Positions 26,201-38,450 of a DNA stretch of 64,000 nt are shown here, piece after piece. The position numbers were made by a program, and so were the translations under genes. Where the stretch lies: assembly GCF_009914755.1 (NCBI RefSeq), contig NC_060932.1. One strand, given 5' to 3'. Within the stretch, counting starts at the first letter, position 1. Each line of letters begins with the position of its first letter. The notes below the pieces were generated by a model that was not told where the DNA came from, ran no database searches, and saw only the letters and a program-made list of their open reading frames with translations. The stretch is from the human T2T-CHM13v2.0 reference genome, Homo sapiens.

Positions 26201-29200
26201 CAGAAGCATTCGCAGAATCACGTTTGTGATGTGTGCACTCAACTGTCAGAATTGAACCTTGGTTTGGACAGAGCACTTTTGAAACACTCTTTTTGTAGAA
26301 TCTGCAGGTGGATATTTGGCTAGCTTTGAGGATTTCGTTGGAAACGGTAATGTCTTCAAAGAAAATCTAGACAGAAGCATTCTCAGAAACACCTTCGTGA
26401 TGTTTGCAATCAAGTCACAGAGTTGAACCTTCCGTTTCATAGAGCAGGTTGGAAACACTCTTTTTGTAGTATCTGGAAGTGGACATTTGGAGGGCTTTGT
26501 AGCCTATCTGGAAAAAGGAAATATCTTCCCATGAATGCGAGATAGAAGTAATCTCAGAAACATGTTTATGCTGTATCTACTCAACTAACTGTGCTGAACA
26601 TTTCTATTGATAGAGCAGTTTTGAGACACTCTTCTTTTGGAATCTGCAAGTGGATATTTGGATAGATTTGAGGATTTCGTTGGAAACGGGATTATATATC
26701 AAAAGTAGACAGCAGCATTCTCAGAAACTTCTTTGTGATGTTTGCATCCAGCTCTCAGAGTTGAACATTCCCTTTCATAGAGTAGGTTTGAAACCCTCTT
26801 TTTATAGTGTCTGGAAGCGGGCATTTGGAGCGCTTTCAGGCCTATGCTGAAAAAGGAAATATCTACCTATAGAAACTAGACAGAAGCATTCTGAGAATCA
26901 CGTTTGTGATGTGGGTACTCAACTAACAGTGTTGATCCATTCTTTTGATACAGCAGTTTTGAACCACACTTTTTGTAGAATCTGGAAGTGGATATTTGGA
27001 AAGCTTTGAGGATTTCGTTGGAAACGGGAATATCTTCAAATAAAATCTAGCCAGAAGCATTCTAAGAAACATCTTAGGGATGTTTACATTCAAGTCACAG
27101 AGTTGAACATTCCCTTTCACAGAGCAGGTTTGAAACAATCTTCTCGTACTATCTGGCAGTGGACATTTTGAGCTCCTTGGGGCCTATGCTGAAAAAGGAA
27201 ATATCTTCCGACAAAAACTAGACAGAAGCATTCGCAGAATCACGTTTGTGATGTGTGCACTCAACTGTCAGAATTGAACCTTGGTTTGGACAGAGCACTT
27301 TTGAAACACTCTTTTTGTAGAATCTGCAGGTGGATATTTGGCTAGCTTTGAGGATTTCGTTGGAAACGGTAATGTCTTCAAAGAAAATCTAGACAGAAGC
27401 ATTCTCAGAAACACCTTCGTGATGTTTGCAATCAAGTCACAGAGTTGAACCTTCCGTTTCATAGAGCAGGTTGGAAACACTCTTTTTGTAGTATCTGGAA
27501 GTGGACATTTGGAGGGCTTTGTAGCCTATCTGGAAAAAGGAAATATCTTCCCATGAATGCGAGATAGAAGTAATCTCAGAAACATGTTTATGCTGTATCT
27601 ACTCAACTAACTGTGCTGAACATTTCTATTGATAGAGCAGTTTTGAGACACTCTTCTTTTGGAATCTGCAAGTGGATATTTGGATAGATTTGAGGATTTC
27701 GTTGGAAACGGGATTATATATAAAAAGTAGACAGCAGCATTCTCAGAAACTTCTTTGTGATGTTTGCATCCAGCTCTCAGAGTTGAACATTCCCTTTCAT
27801 AGAGTAGGTTTGAAACCCTCTTTTTATAGTGTCTGGAAGCGGGCATTTGGAGCGCTTTCAGGCCTATGCTGAAAAAGGAAATATCTACCTATAGAAACTA
27901 GACAGAAGCATTCTGAGAATCACGTTTGTGATGTGGGTACTCAACTAACAGTGTTGATCCATTCTTTTGATACAGCAGTTTTGAACCACACTTTTTGTAG
28001 AATCTGCAAGTGGATATTTGGATAGCTGTGAGGATTTCGTTGGAAACGGGAATGTCTTCATAGAAAATTTAGACAGAAGCATTCTCAGAACCTTGATTGT
28101 GATGTGTGTTCTCCACTAACAGAGTTGAACCTTTCTTTTGACAGAACTGTTCTGAAACATTCTTTTTGTAGAATCTGGAAGTGGATATTTGGAAAGCTTT
28201 GAGGATTTCGTTGGAAACGGGAATATCTTCAAATCAAATCTAGCCAGAAGCATTCTAAGAAACATCTTAGGGATGTTTACATTCAAGTCACAGAGTTGAA
28301 CATTCCCTTTCACAGAGCAGGTTTGAAACAATCTTCTCGTACTATCTGGCAGTGGACATTTTGAGCTCCTTGGGGCCTATGCTGAAAAAGGAAATATCTT
28401 CCGACAAAAACTAGACAGAAGCATTCGCAGAATCACGTTTGTGATGTGTGCACTCAACTGTCAGAATTGAACCTTGGTTTGGACAGAGCACTTTTGAAAC
28501 ACTCTTTTTGTAGAATCTGCAGGTGGATATTTGGCTAGCTTTGAGGATTTCGTTGGAAACGGTAATGTCTTCAAAGAAAATCTAGACAGAAGCATTCTCA
28601 GAAACACCTTCGTGATGTTTGCAATCAAGTCACAGAGTTGAACCTTCCGTTTCATAGAGCAGGTTGGAAACACTCTTTTTGTAGTATCTGGAAGTGGACA
28701 TTTGGAGCGCTTTCAGGCCTATGGTGAAAAAGGAAATATCTTCCCATAAAAACGACATAGAAGCTATCTCAGGAACTTGTTTATGATGCATCTAATCAAC
28801 TAACAGTGTTGAACCTTTGTACTGACAGAGCAGTTTGAAACACTCTTTTTTTGGAATCTGCAAGTGGATATTTGGATCGCTTTGAGGATTTCGTTGGAAA
28901 CGGGATGCAATATAAAACGTACACAGCAGCATACTCAGAAAATACTTTGCCATATTTCCATTCAAGTCACAGAGTGGAACATTCCCATTCATAGAGCAGG
29001 TTTGAAACACTCTTTTTGGAGTATCTGGAAGTGGACATTTGGAGCGCTTTCTGAACTATGGTGAAAAAGGAAATATCTTCCAATGAAAACAAGACAGAAG
29101 CATTCTGAGAAACTTATTTGTGATGTGTGTCCTCAACAAACGGACTTGAACCTTTCGTTTCATGCAGTACTTCTGGAACACTCTTTTTGAAGATTCTGCA

Positions 29201-30789
29201 TGCGGATATTTGGATAGCTTTGAGGATCTCGTTGGAAACGGGCTTACATGTAAAAATTAGACAGCAGCATTCTCAGAAACTTCTTTGTGGTGTCTGCATT
29301 CAAGTCACAGAATTGAACATCCCCTCACATAGAGCAGTTGTGCAGCACTCTATTTGTAGTATCTGGAAGTGGACATTTGGAGGGCTTTGTAGCCTATCTG
29401 GAAAAAGGAAATATCTTCCCATGAATGCGAGATAGAAGTAATCTCAGAAACATGTTTATGCTGTATCTACTCAACTAACTGTGCTGAACATTTCTATTGA
29501 TAGAGCAGTTTTGAGACACTCTTCTTTTGGAATCTGCAAGTGGATATTTGGATAGATTTGAGGATTTCGTTGGAAACGGGATTATATATAAAAAGTAGAC
29601 AGCAGCATTCTCAGAAACTTCTTTGTGATGTTTGCATCCAGCTCTCAGAGTTGAACATTCCCTTTCATAGAGTAGGTTTGAAACCCTCTTTTTATAGTGT
29701 CTGGAAGTGGGCATTTGGAGCGCTTTCAGGCCTATGCTGAAAAAGGAAATATCTACCTATAGAAACTAGACAGAAGCATTCTGAGAATCACGTTTGTGAT
29801 GTGGGTACTCAACTAACAGTGTTGATCCATTCTTTTGATACAGAAGTTTTGAACCACACTTTTTGTAGAATCTGCAAGTGGATATTTGGATAGCTGTGAG
29901 GATTTCGTTGGAAACGGGAATGTCTTCATAGAAAATTTAGACAGAAGCATTCTCAGAACCTTGATTGTGATGTGTGTTCTCCACTAACAGAGTTGAACCT
30001 TTCTTTTGACAGAACTGTTCTGAAACATTCTTTTTATAGAATCTGGAAGTGGATATTTGGAAAGCTTTGAGGATTTCGTTGGAAACGGGAATATCTTCAA
30101 ATCAAATCTAGCCAGAAGCATTCTAAGAAACATCTTAGGGATGTTTACATTCAAGTCACAGAGTTGAACATTCCCTTTCACAGAGCAGGTTTGAAACAAT
30201 CTTCTCGTACTATCTGGCAGTGGACATTTTGAGCTCCTTGGGGCCTATGCTGAAAAAGGAAATATCTTCCGACAAAAACTAGACAGAAGCATTCGCAGAA
30301 TCACGTTTGTGATGTGTGCACTCAACTGTCAGAATTGAACCTTGGTTTGGACAGAGCACTTTTGAAACACTCTTTTTGTAGAATCTGCAGGTGGATATTT
30401 GGCTAGCTTTGAGGATTTCGTTGGAAACGGTAATGTCTTCAAAGAAAATCTAGACAGAAGCATTCTCAGAAACACCTTCGTGATGTTTGCAATCAAGTCA
30501 CAGAGTTGAACCTTCCGTTTCATAGAGCAGGTTGGAAACACTCTTTTTGTAGTATCTGGAAGTGGACATTTGGAGGGCTTTGTAGCCTATCTGGAAAAAG
30601 GAAATATCTTCCCATGAATGCGAGATAGAAGTAATCTCAGAAACATGTTTATGCTGTATCTACTCAACTAACTGTGCTGAACATTTCTATTGATAGAGCA
30701 GTTTTGAGACACTCTTCTTTTGGAATCTGCAAGTGGATATTTGGATAGATTTGAGGATTTCGTTGGAAACGGGATTATATATAAAAAGT
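5280..30789 (+). repeat. Copy 1 of a 17-HOR block duplication (25,510 bp)
   Basis: Same unit order as 38451-63960, with shared rare SNPs at offset +33,171. Confidence 0.9.
26707..27728 (+). repeat. 6-mer HOR variant (1022 bp)
   Basis: Spacing 26650 to 27672; same b/c hybrid junction. Confidence 0.95.
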
Positions 30790-33700
30790 AGACAGCAGCA
30801 TTCTCAGAAACTTCTTTGTGATGTTTGCATCCAGCTCTCAGAGTTGAACATTCCCTTTCATAGAGTAGGTTTGAAACCCTCTTTTTATAGTGTCTGGAAG
30901 CGGGCATTTGGAGCGCTTTCAGGCCTATGCTGAAAAAGGAAATATCTACCTATAGAAACTAGACAGAAGCATTCTGAGAATCACGTTTGTGATGTGGGTA
31001 CTCAACTAACAGTGTTGATCCATTCTTTTGATACAGCAGTTTTGAACCACACTTTTTGTAGAATCTGCAAGTGGATATTTGGATAGCTGTGAGGATTTCG
31101 TTGGAAACGGGAATGTCTTCATAGAAAATTTAGACAGAAGCATTCTCAGAACCTTGATTGTGATGTGTGTTCTCCACTAACAGAGTTGAACCTTTCTTTT
31201 GACAGAACTGTTCTGAAACATTCTTTTTGTAGAATCTGGAAGTGGATATTTGGAAAGCTTTGAGGATTTCGTTGGAAACGGGAATATCTTCAAATCAAAT
31301 CTAGCCAGAAGCATTCTAAGAAACATCTTAGGGATGTTTACATTCAAGTCACAGAGTTGAACATTCCCTTTCACAGAGCAGGTTTGAAACAATCTTCTCG
31401 TACTATCTGGCAGTGGACATTTTGAGCTCCTTGGGGCCTATGCTGAAAAAGGAAATATCTTCCGACAAAAACTAGACAGAAGCATTCGCAGAATCACGTT
31501 TGTGATGTGTGCACTCAACTGTCAGAATTGAACCTTGGTTTGGACAGAGCACTTTTGAAACACTCTTTTTGTAGAATCTGCAGGTGGATATTTGGCTAGC
31601 TTTGAGGATTTCGTTGGAAACGGTAATGTCTTCAAAGAAAATCTAGACAGAAGCATTCTCAGAAACACCTTCGTGATGTTTGCAATCAAGTCACAGAGTT
31701 GAACCTTCCGTTTCATAGAGCAGGTTGGAAACACTCTTTTTGTAGTATCTGGAAGTGGACATTTGGAGCGCTTTCAGGCCTATGGTGAAAAAGGAAATAT
31801 CTTCCCATAAAAACGACATAGAAGCTATCTCAGGAACTTGTTTATGATGCATCTAATCAACTAACAGTGTTGAACCTTTGTACTGACAGAGCAGTTTGAA
31901 ACACTCTTTTTTTGGAATCTGCAAGTGGATATTTGGATCGCTTTGAGGATTTCGTTGGAAACGGGATGCAATATAAAACGTACACAGCAGCATACTCAGA
32001 AAATACTTTGCCATATTTCCATTCAAGTCACAGAGTGGAACATTCCCATTCATAGAGCAGGTTTGAAACACTCTTTTTGGAGTATCTGGAAGTGGACATT
32101 TGGAGCGCTTTCTGAACTATGGTGAAAAAGGAAATATCTTCCAATGAAAACAAGACAGAAGCATTCTGAGAAACTTATTTGTGATGTGTGTCCTCAACAA
32201 ACGGACTTGAACCTTTCGTTTCATGCAGTACTTCTGGAACACTCTTTTTGAAGATTCTGCATGCGGATATTTGGATAGCTTTGAGGATCTCGTTGGAAAC
32301 GGGCTTACATGTAAAAATTAGACAGCAGCATTCTCAGAAACTTCTTTGTGGTGTCTGCATTCAAGTCACAGAATTGAACATCCCCTCACATAGAGCAGTT
32401 GTGCAGCACTCTATTTGTAGTATCTGGAAGTGGACATTTGGAGGGCTTTGTAGCCTATCTGGAAAAAGGAAATATCTTCCCATGAATGCGAGATAGAAGT
32501 AATCTCAGAAACATGTTTATGCTGTATCTACTCAACTAACTGTGCTGAACATTTCTATTGATAGAGCAGTTTTGAGACACTCTTCTTTTGGAATCTGCAA
32601 GTGGATATTTGGATAGATTTGAGGATTTCGTTGGAAACGGGATTATATATAAAAAGTAGACAGCAGCATTCTCAGAAACTTCTTTGTGATGTTTGCATCC
32701 AGCTCTCAGAGTTGAACATTCCCTTTCATAGAGTAGGTTTGAAACCCTCTTTTTATAGTGTCTGGAAGTGGGCATTTGGAGCGCTTTCAGGCCTATGCTG
32801 AAAAAGGAAATATCTACCTATAGAAACTAGACAGAAGCATTCTGAGAATCACGTTTGTGATGTGGGTACTCAACTAACAGTGTTGATCCATTCTTTTGAT
32901 ACAGAAGTTTTGAACCACACTTTTTGTAGAATCTGCAAGTGGATATTTGGATAGCTGTGAGGATTTCGTTGGAAACGGGAATGTCTTCATAGAAAATTTA
33001 GACAGAAGCATTCTCAGAACCTTGATTGTGATGTGTGTTCTCCACTAACAGAGTTGAACCTTTCTTTTGACAGAACTGTTCTGAAACATTCTTTTTATAG
33101 AATCTGGAAGTGGATATTTGGAAAGCTTTGAGGATTTCGTTGGAAACTGGAATATCTTCAAATCAAATCTAGCCAGAAGCATTCTAAGAAACATCTTAGG
33201 GATGTTTACATTCAAGTCACAGAGTTGAACATTCCCTTTCACAGAGCAGGTTTGAAACAATCTTCTCGTACTATCTGGCAGTGGACATTTTGAGCTCCTT
33301 GGGGCCTATGCTGAAAAAGGAAATATCTTCCGACAAAAACTAGACAGAAGCATTCGCAGAATCACGTTTGTGATGTGTGCACTCAACTGTCAGAATTGAA
33401 CCTTGGTTTGGACAGAGCACTTTTGAAACACTCTTTTTGTAGAATCTGCAGGTGGATATTTGGCTAGCTTTGAGGATTTCGTTGGAAACGGTAATGTCTT
33501 CAAAGAAAATCTAGACAGAAGCATTCTCAGAAACACCTTCGTGATGTTTGCAATCAAGTCACAGAGTTGAACCTTCCGTTTCATAGAGCAGGTTGGAAAC
33601 ACTCTTTTTGTAGTATCTGGAAGTGGACATTTGGAGGGCTTTGTAGCCTATCTGGAAAAAGGAAATATCTTCCCATGAATGCGAGATAGAAGTAATCTCA

Positions 33701-33850
33701 GAAACATGTTTATGCTGTATCTACTCAACTAACTGTGCTGAACATTTCTATTGATAGAGCAGTTTTGAGACACTCTTCTTTTGGAATCTGCAAGTGGATA
33801 TTTGGATAGATTTGAGGATTTCGTTGGAAACGGGATTATATATCAAAAGT
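27729..33850 (+). repeat. Local tandem duplication of an 11-mer + 7-mer pair (2 x 3061 bp)
   Basis: Four rare SNPs recur at +3061: 28168/31229, 29228/32289, 29708/32769, 29844/32905. Confidence 0.9.
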
Positions 33851-36236
33851 AGACAGCAGCATTCTCAGAAACTTCTTTGTGATGTTTGCATCCAGCTCTC
33901 AGAGTTGAACATTCCCTTTCATAGAGTAGGTTTGAAACCCTCTTTTTATAGTGTCTGGAAGCGGGCATTTGGAGCGCTTTCAGGCCTATGCTGAAAAAGG
34001 AAATATCTACCTATAGAAACTAGACAGAAGCATTCTGAGAATCACGTTTGTGATGTGGGTACTCAACTAACAGTGTTGATCCATTCTTTTGATACAGCAG
34101 TTTTGAACCACACTTTTTGTAGAATCTGCAAGTGGATATTTGGATAGCTGTGAGGATTTCGTTGGAAACGGGAATGTCTTCATAGAAAATTTAGACAGAA
34201 GCATTCTCAGAACCTTGATTGTGATGTGTGTTCTCCACTAACAGAGTTGAACCTTTCTTTTGACAGAACTGTTCTGAAACATTCTTTTTATAGAATCTGG
34301 AAGTGGATATTTGGAAAGCTTTGAGGATTTCGTTGGAAACGGGAATATCTTCAAATAAAATCTAGCCAGAAGCATTCTAAGAAACATCTTAGGGATGTTT
34401 ACATTCAAGTCACAGAGTTGAACATTCCCTTTCACAGAGCAGGTTTGAAACAATCTTCTCGTACTATCTGGCAGTGGACATTTTGAGCTCCTTGGGGCCT
34501 ATGCTGAAAAAGGAAATATCTTCCGACAAAAACTAGACAGAAGCATTCGCAGAATCACGTTTGTGATGTGTGCACTCAACTGTCAGAATTGAACCTTGGT
34601 TTGGACAGAGCACTTTTGAAACACTCTTTTTGTAGAATCTGCAGGTGGATATTTGGCTAGCTTTGAGGATTTCGTTGGAAACGGTAATGTCTTCAAAGAA
34701 AATCTAGACAGAAGCATTCTCAGAAACACCTTCGTGATGTTTGCAATCAAGTCACAGAGTTGAACCTTCCGTTTCATAGAGCAGGTTGGAAACACTCTTT
34801 TTGTAGTATCTGGAAGTGGACATTTGGAGGGCTTTGTAGCCTATCTGGAAAAAGGAAATATCTTCCCATGAATGCGAGATAGAAGTAATCTCAGAAACAT
34901 GTTTATGCTGTATCTACTCAACTAACTGTGCTGAACATTTCTATTGATAGAGCAGTTTTGAGACACTCTTCTTTTGGAATCTGCAAGTGGATATTTGGAT
35001 AGATTTGAGGATTTCGTTGGAAACGGGATTATATATCAAAAGTAGACAGCAGCATTCTCAGAAACTTCTTTGTGATGTTTGCATCCAGCTCTCAGAGTTG
35101 AACATTCCCTTTCATAGAGTAGGTTTGAAACCCTCTTTTTATAGTGTCTGGAAGCGGGCATTTGGAGCGCTTTCAGGCCTATGCTGAAAAAGGAAATATC
35201 TACCTATAGAAACTAGACAGAAGCATTCTGAGAATCACGTTTGTGATGTGGGTACTCAACTAACAGTGTTGATCCATTCTTTTGATACAGCAGTTTTGAA
35301 CCACACTTTTTGTAGAATCTGCAAGTGGATATTTGGATAGCTGTGAGGATTTCGTTGGAAACGGGAATGTCTTCATAGAAAATTTAGACAGAAGCATTCT
35401 CAGAACCTTGATTGTGATGTGTGTTCTCCACTAACAGAGTTGAACCTTTCTTTTGACAGAACTGTTCTGAAACATTCTTTTTATAGAATCTGGAAGTGGA
35501 TATTTGGAAAGCTTTGAGGATTTCGTTGGAAACGGGAATATCTTCAAATAAAATCTAGCCAGAAGCATTCTAAGAAACATCTTAGGGATGTTTACATTCA
35601 AGTCACAGAGTTGAACATTCCCTTTCACAGAGCAGGTTTGAAACAATCTTCTCGTACTATCTGGCAGTGGACATTTTGAGCTCCTTGGGGCCTATGCTGA
35701 AAAAGGAAATATCTTCCGACAAAAACTAGACAGAAGCATTCGCAGAATCACGTTTGTGATGTGTGCACTCAACTGTCAGAATTGAACCTTGGTTTGGACA
35801 GAGCACTTTTGAAACACTCTTTTTGTAGAATCTGCAGGTGGATATTTGGCTAGCTTTGAGGATTTCGTTGGAAACGGTAATGTCTTCAAAGAAAATCTAG
35901 ACAGAAGCATTCTCAGAAACACCTTCGTGATGTTTGCAATCAAGTCACAGAGTTGAACCTTCCGTTTCATAGAGCAGGTTGGAAACACTCTTTTTGTAGT
36001 ATCTGGAAGTGGACATTTGGAGGGCTTTGTAGCCTATCTGGAAAAAGGAAATATCTTCCCATGAATGCGAGATAGAAGTAATCTCAGAAACATGTTTATG
36101 CTGTATCTACTCAACTAACTGTGCTGAACATTTCTATTGATAGAGCAGTTTTGAGACACTCTTCTTTTGGAATCTGCAAGTGGATATTTGGATAGATTTG
36201 AGGATTTCGTTGGAAACGGGATTATATATCAAAAGT

Positions 36237-37258
36237 AGACAGCAGCATTCTCAGAAACTTCTTTGTGATGTTTGCATCCAGCTCTCAGAGTTGAACATTC
36301 CCTTTCATAGAGTAGGTTTGAAACCCTCTTTTTATAGTGTCTGGAAGCGGGCATTTGGAGCGCTTTCAGGCCTATGCTGAAAAAGGAAATATCTACCTAT
36401 AGAAACTAGACAGAAGCATTCTGAGAATCACGTTTGTGATGTGGGTACTCAACTAACAGTGTTGATCCATTCTTTTGATACAGCAGTTTTGAACCACACT
36501 TTTTGTAGAATCTGGAAGTGGATATTTGGAAAGCTTTGAGGATTTCGTTGGAAACGGGAATATCTTCAAATAAAATCTAGCCAGAAGCATTCTAAGAAAC
36601 ATCTTAGGGATGTTTACATTCAAGTCACAGAGTTGAACATTCCCTTTCACAGAGCAGGTTTGAAACAATCTTCTCGTACTATCTGGCAGTGGACATTTTG
36701 AGCTCCTTGGGGCCTATGCTGAAAAAGGAAATATCTTCCGACAAAAACTAGACAGAAGCATTCGCAGAATCACGTTTGTGATGTGTGCACTCAACTGTCA
36801 GAATTGAACCTTGGTTTGGACAGAGCACTTTTGAAACACTCTTTTTGTAGAATCTGCAGGTGGATATTTGGCTAGCTTTGAGGATTTCGTTGGAAACGGT
36901 AATGTCTTCAAAGAAAATCTAGACAGAAGAATTCTCAGAAACACCTTCGTGATGTTTGCAATCAAGTCACAGAGTTGAACCTTCCGTTTCATAGAGCAGG
37001 TTGGAAACACTCTTTTTGTAGTATCTGGAAGTGGACATTTGGAGGGCTTTGTAGCCTATCTGGAAAAAGGAAATATCTTCCCATGAATGCGAGATAGAAG
37101 TAATCTCAGAAACATGTTTATGCTGTATCTACTCAACTAACTGTGCTGAACATTTCTATTGATAGAGCAGTTTTGAGACACTCTTCTTTTGGAATCTGCA
37201 AGTGGATATTTGGATAGATTTGAGGATTTCGTTGGAAACGGGATTATATATAAAAAGT
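36237..37258 (+). repeat. 6-mer HOR variant (1022 bp)
   Basis: Spacing 36180 to 37202; same b/c hybrid junction. Confidence 0.95.
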
Positions 37259-38450
37259 AGACAGCAGCATTCTCAGAAACTTCTTTGTGATGTTTGCATC
37301 CAGCTCTCAGAGTTGAACATTCCCTTTCATAGAGTAGGTTTGAAACCCTCTTTTTATAGTGTCTGGAAGCGGGCATTTGGAGCGCTTTCAGGCCTATGCT
37401 GAAAAAGGAAATATCTACCTATAGAAACTAGACAGAAGCATTCTGAGAATCACGTTTGTGATGTGGGTACTCAACTAACAGTGTTGATCCATTCTTTTGA
37501 TACAGCAGTTTTGAACCACACTTTTTGTAGAATCTGCAAGTGGATATTTGGATAGCTGTGAGGATTTCGTTGGAAACGGGAATGTCTTCATAGAAAATTT
37601 AGACAGAAGCATTCTCAGAACCTTGATTGTGATGTGTGTTCTCCACTAACAGAGTTGAACCTTTCTTTTGACAGAACTGTTCTGAAACATTCTTTTTGTA
37701 GAATCTGGAAGTGGATATTTGGAAAGCTTTGAGGATTTCGTTGGAAACGGGAATATCTTCAAATAAAATCTAGCCAGAAGCATTCTAAGAAACATCTTAG
37801 GGATGTTTACATTCAAGTCACAGAGTTGAACATTCCCTTTCACAGAGCAGGTTTGAAACAATCTTCTCGTACTATCTGGCAGTGGACATTTTGAGCTCCT
37901 TGGGGCCTATGCTGAAAAAGGAAATATCTTCCGACAAAAACTAGACAGAAGCATTCGCAGAATCACGTTTGTGATGTGTGCATCAACTGTCAGAATTGAA
38001 CCTTGGTTTGGACAGAGCACTTTTGAAACACTCTTTTTGTAGAATCTGCAGGTGGATATTTGGCTAGCTTTGAGGATTTCGTTGGAAACGGTAATGTCTT
38101 CAAAGAAAATCTAGACAGAAGCATTCTCAGAAACACCTTCGTGATGTTTGCAATCAAGTCACAGAGTTGAACCTTCCGTTTCATAGAGCAGGTTGGAAAC
38201 ACTCTTTTTGTAGTATCTGGAAGTGGACATTTGGAGGGCTTTGTAGCCTATCTGGAAAAAGGAAATATCTTCCCATGAATGCGAGATAGAAGTAATCTCA
38301 GAAACATGTTTATGCTGTATCTACTCAACTAACTGTGCTGAACATTTCTATTGATAGAGCAGTTTTGAGACACTCTTCTTTTGGAATCTGCAAGTGGATA
38401 TTTGGATAGATTTGAGGATTTCGTTGGAAACGGGATTATATATAAAAAGT

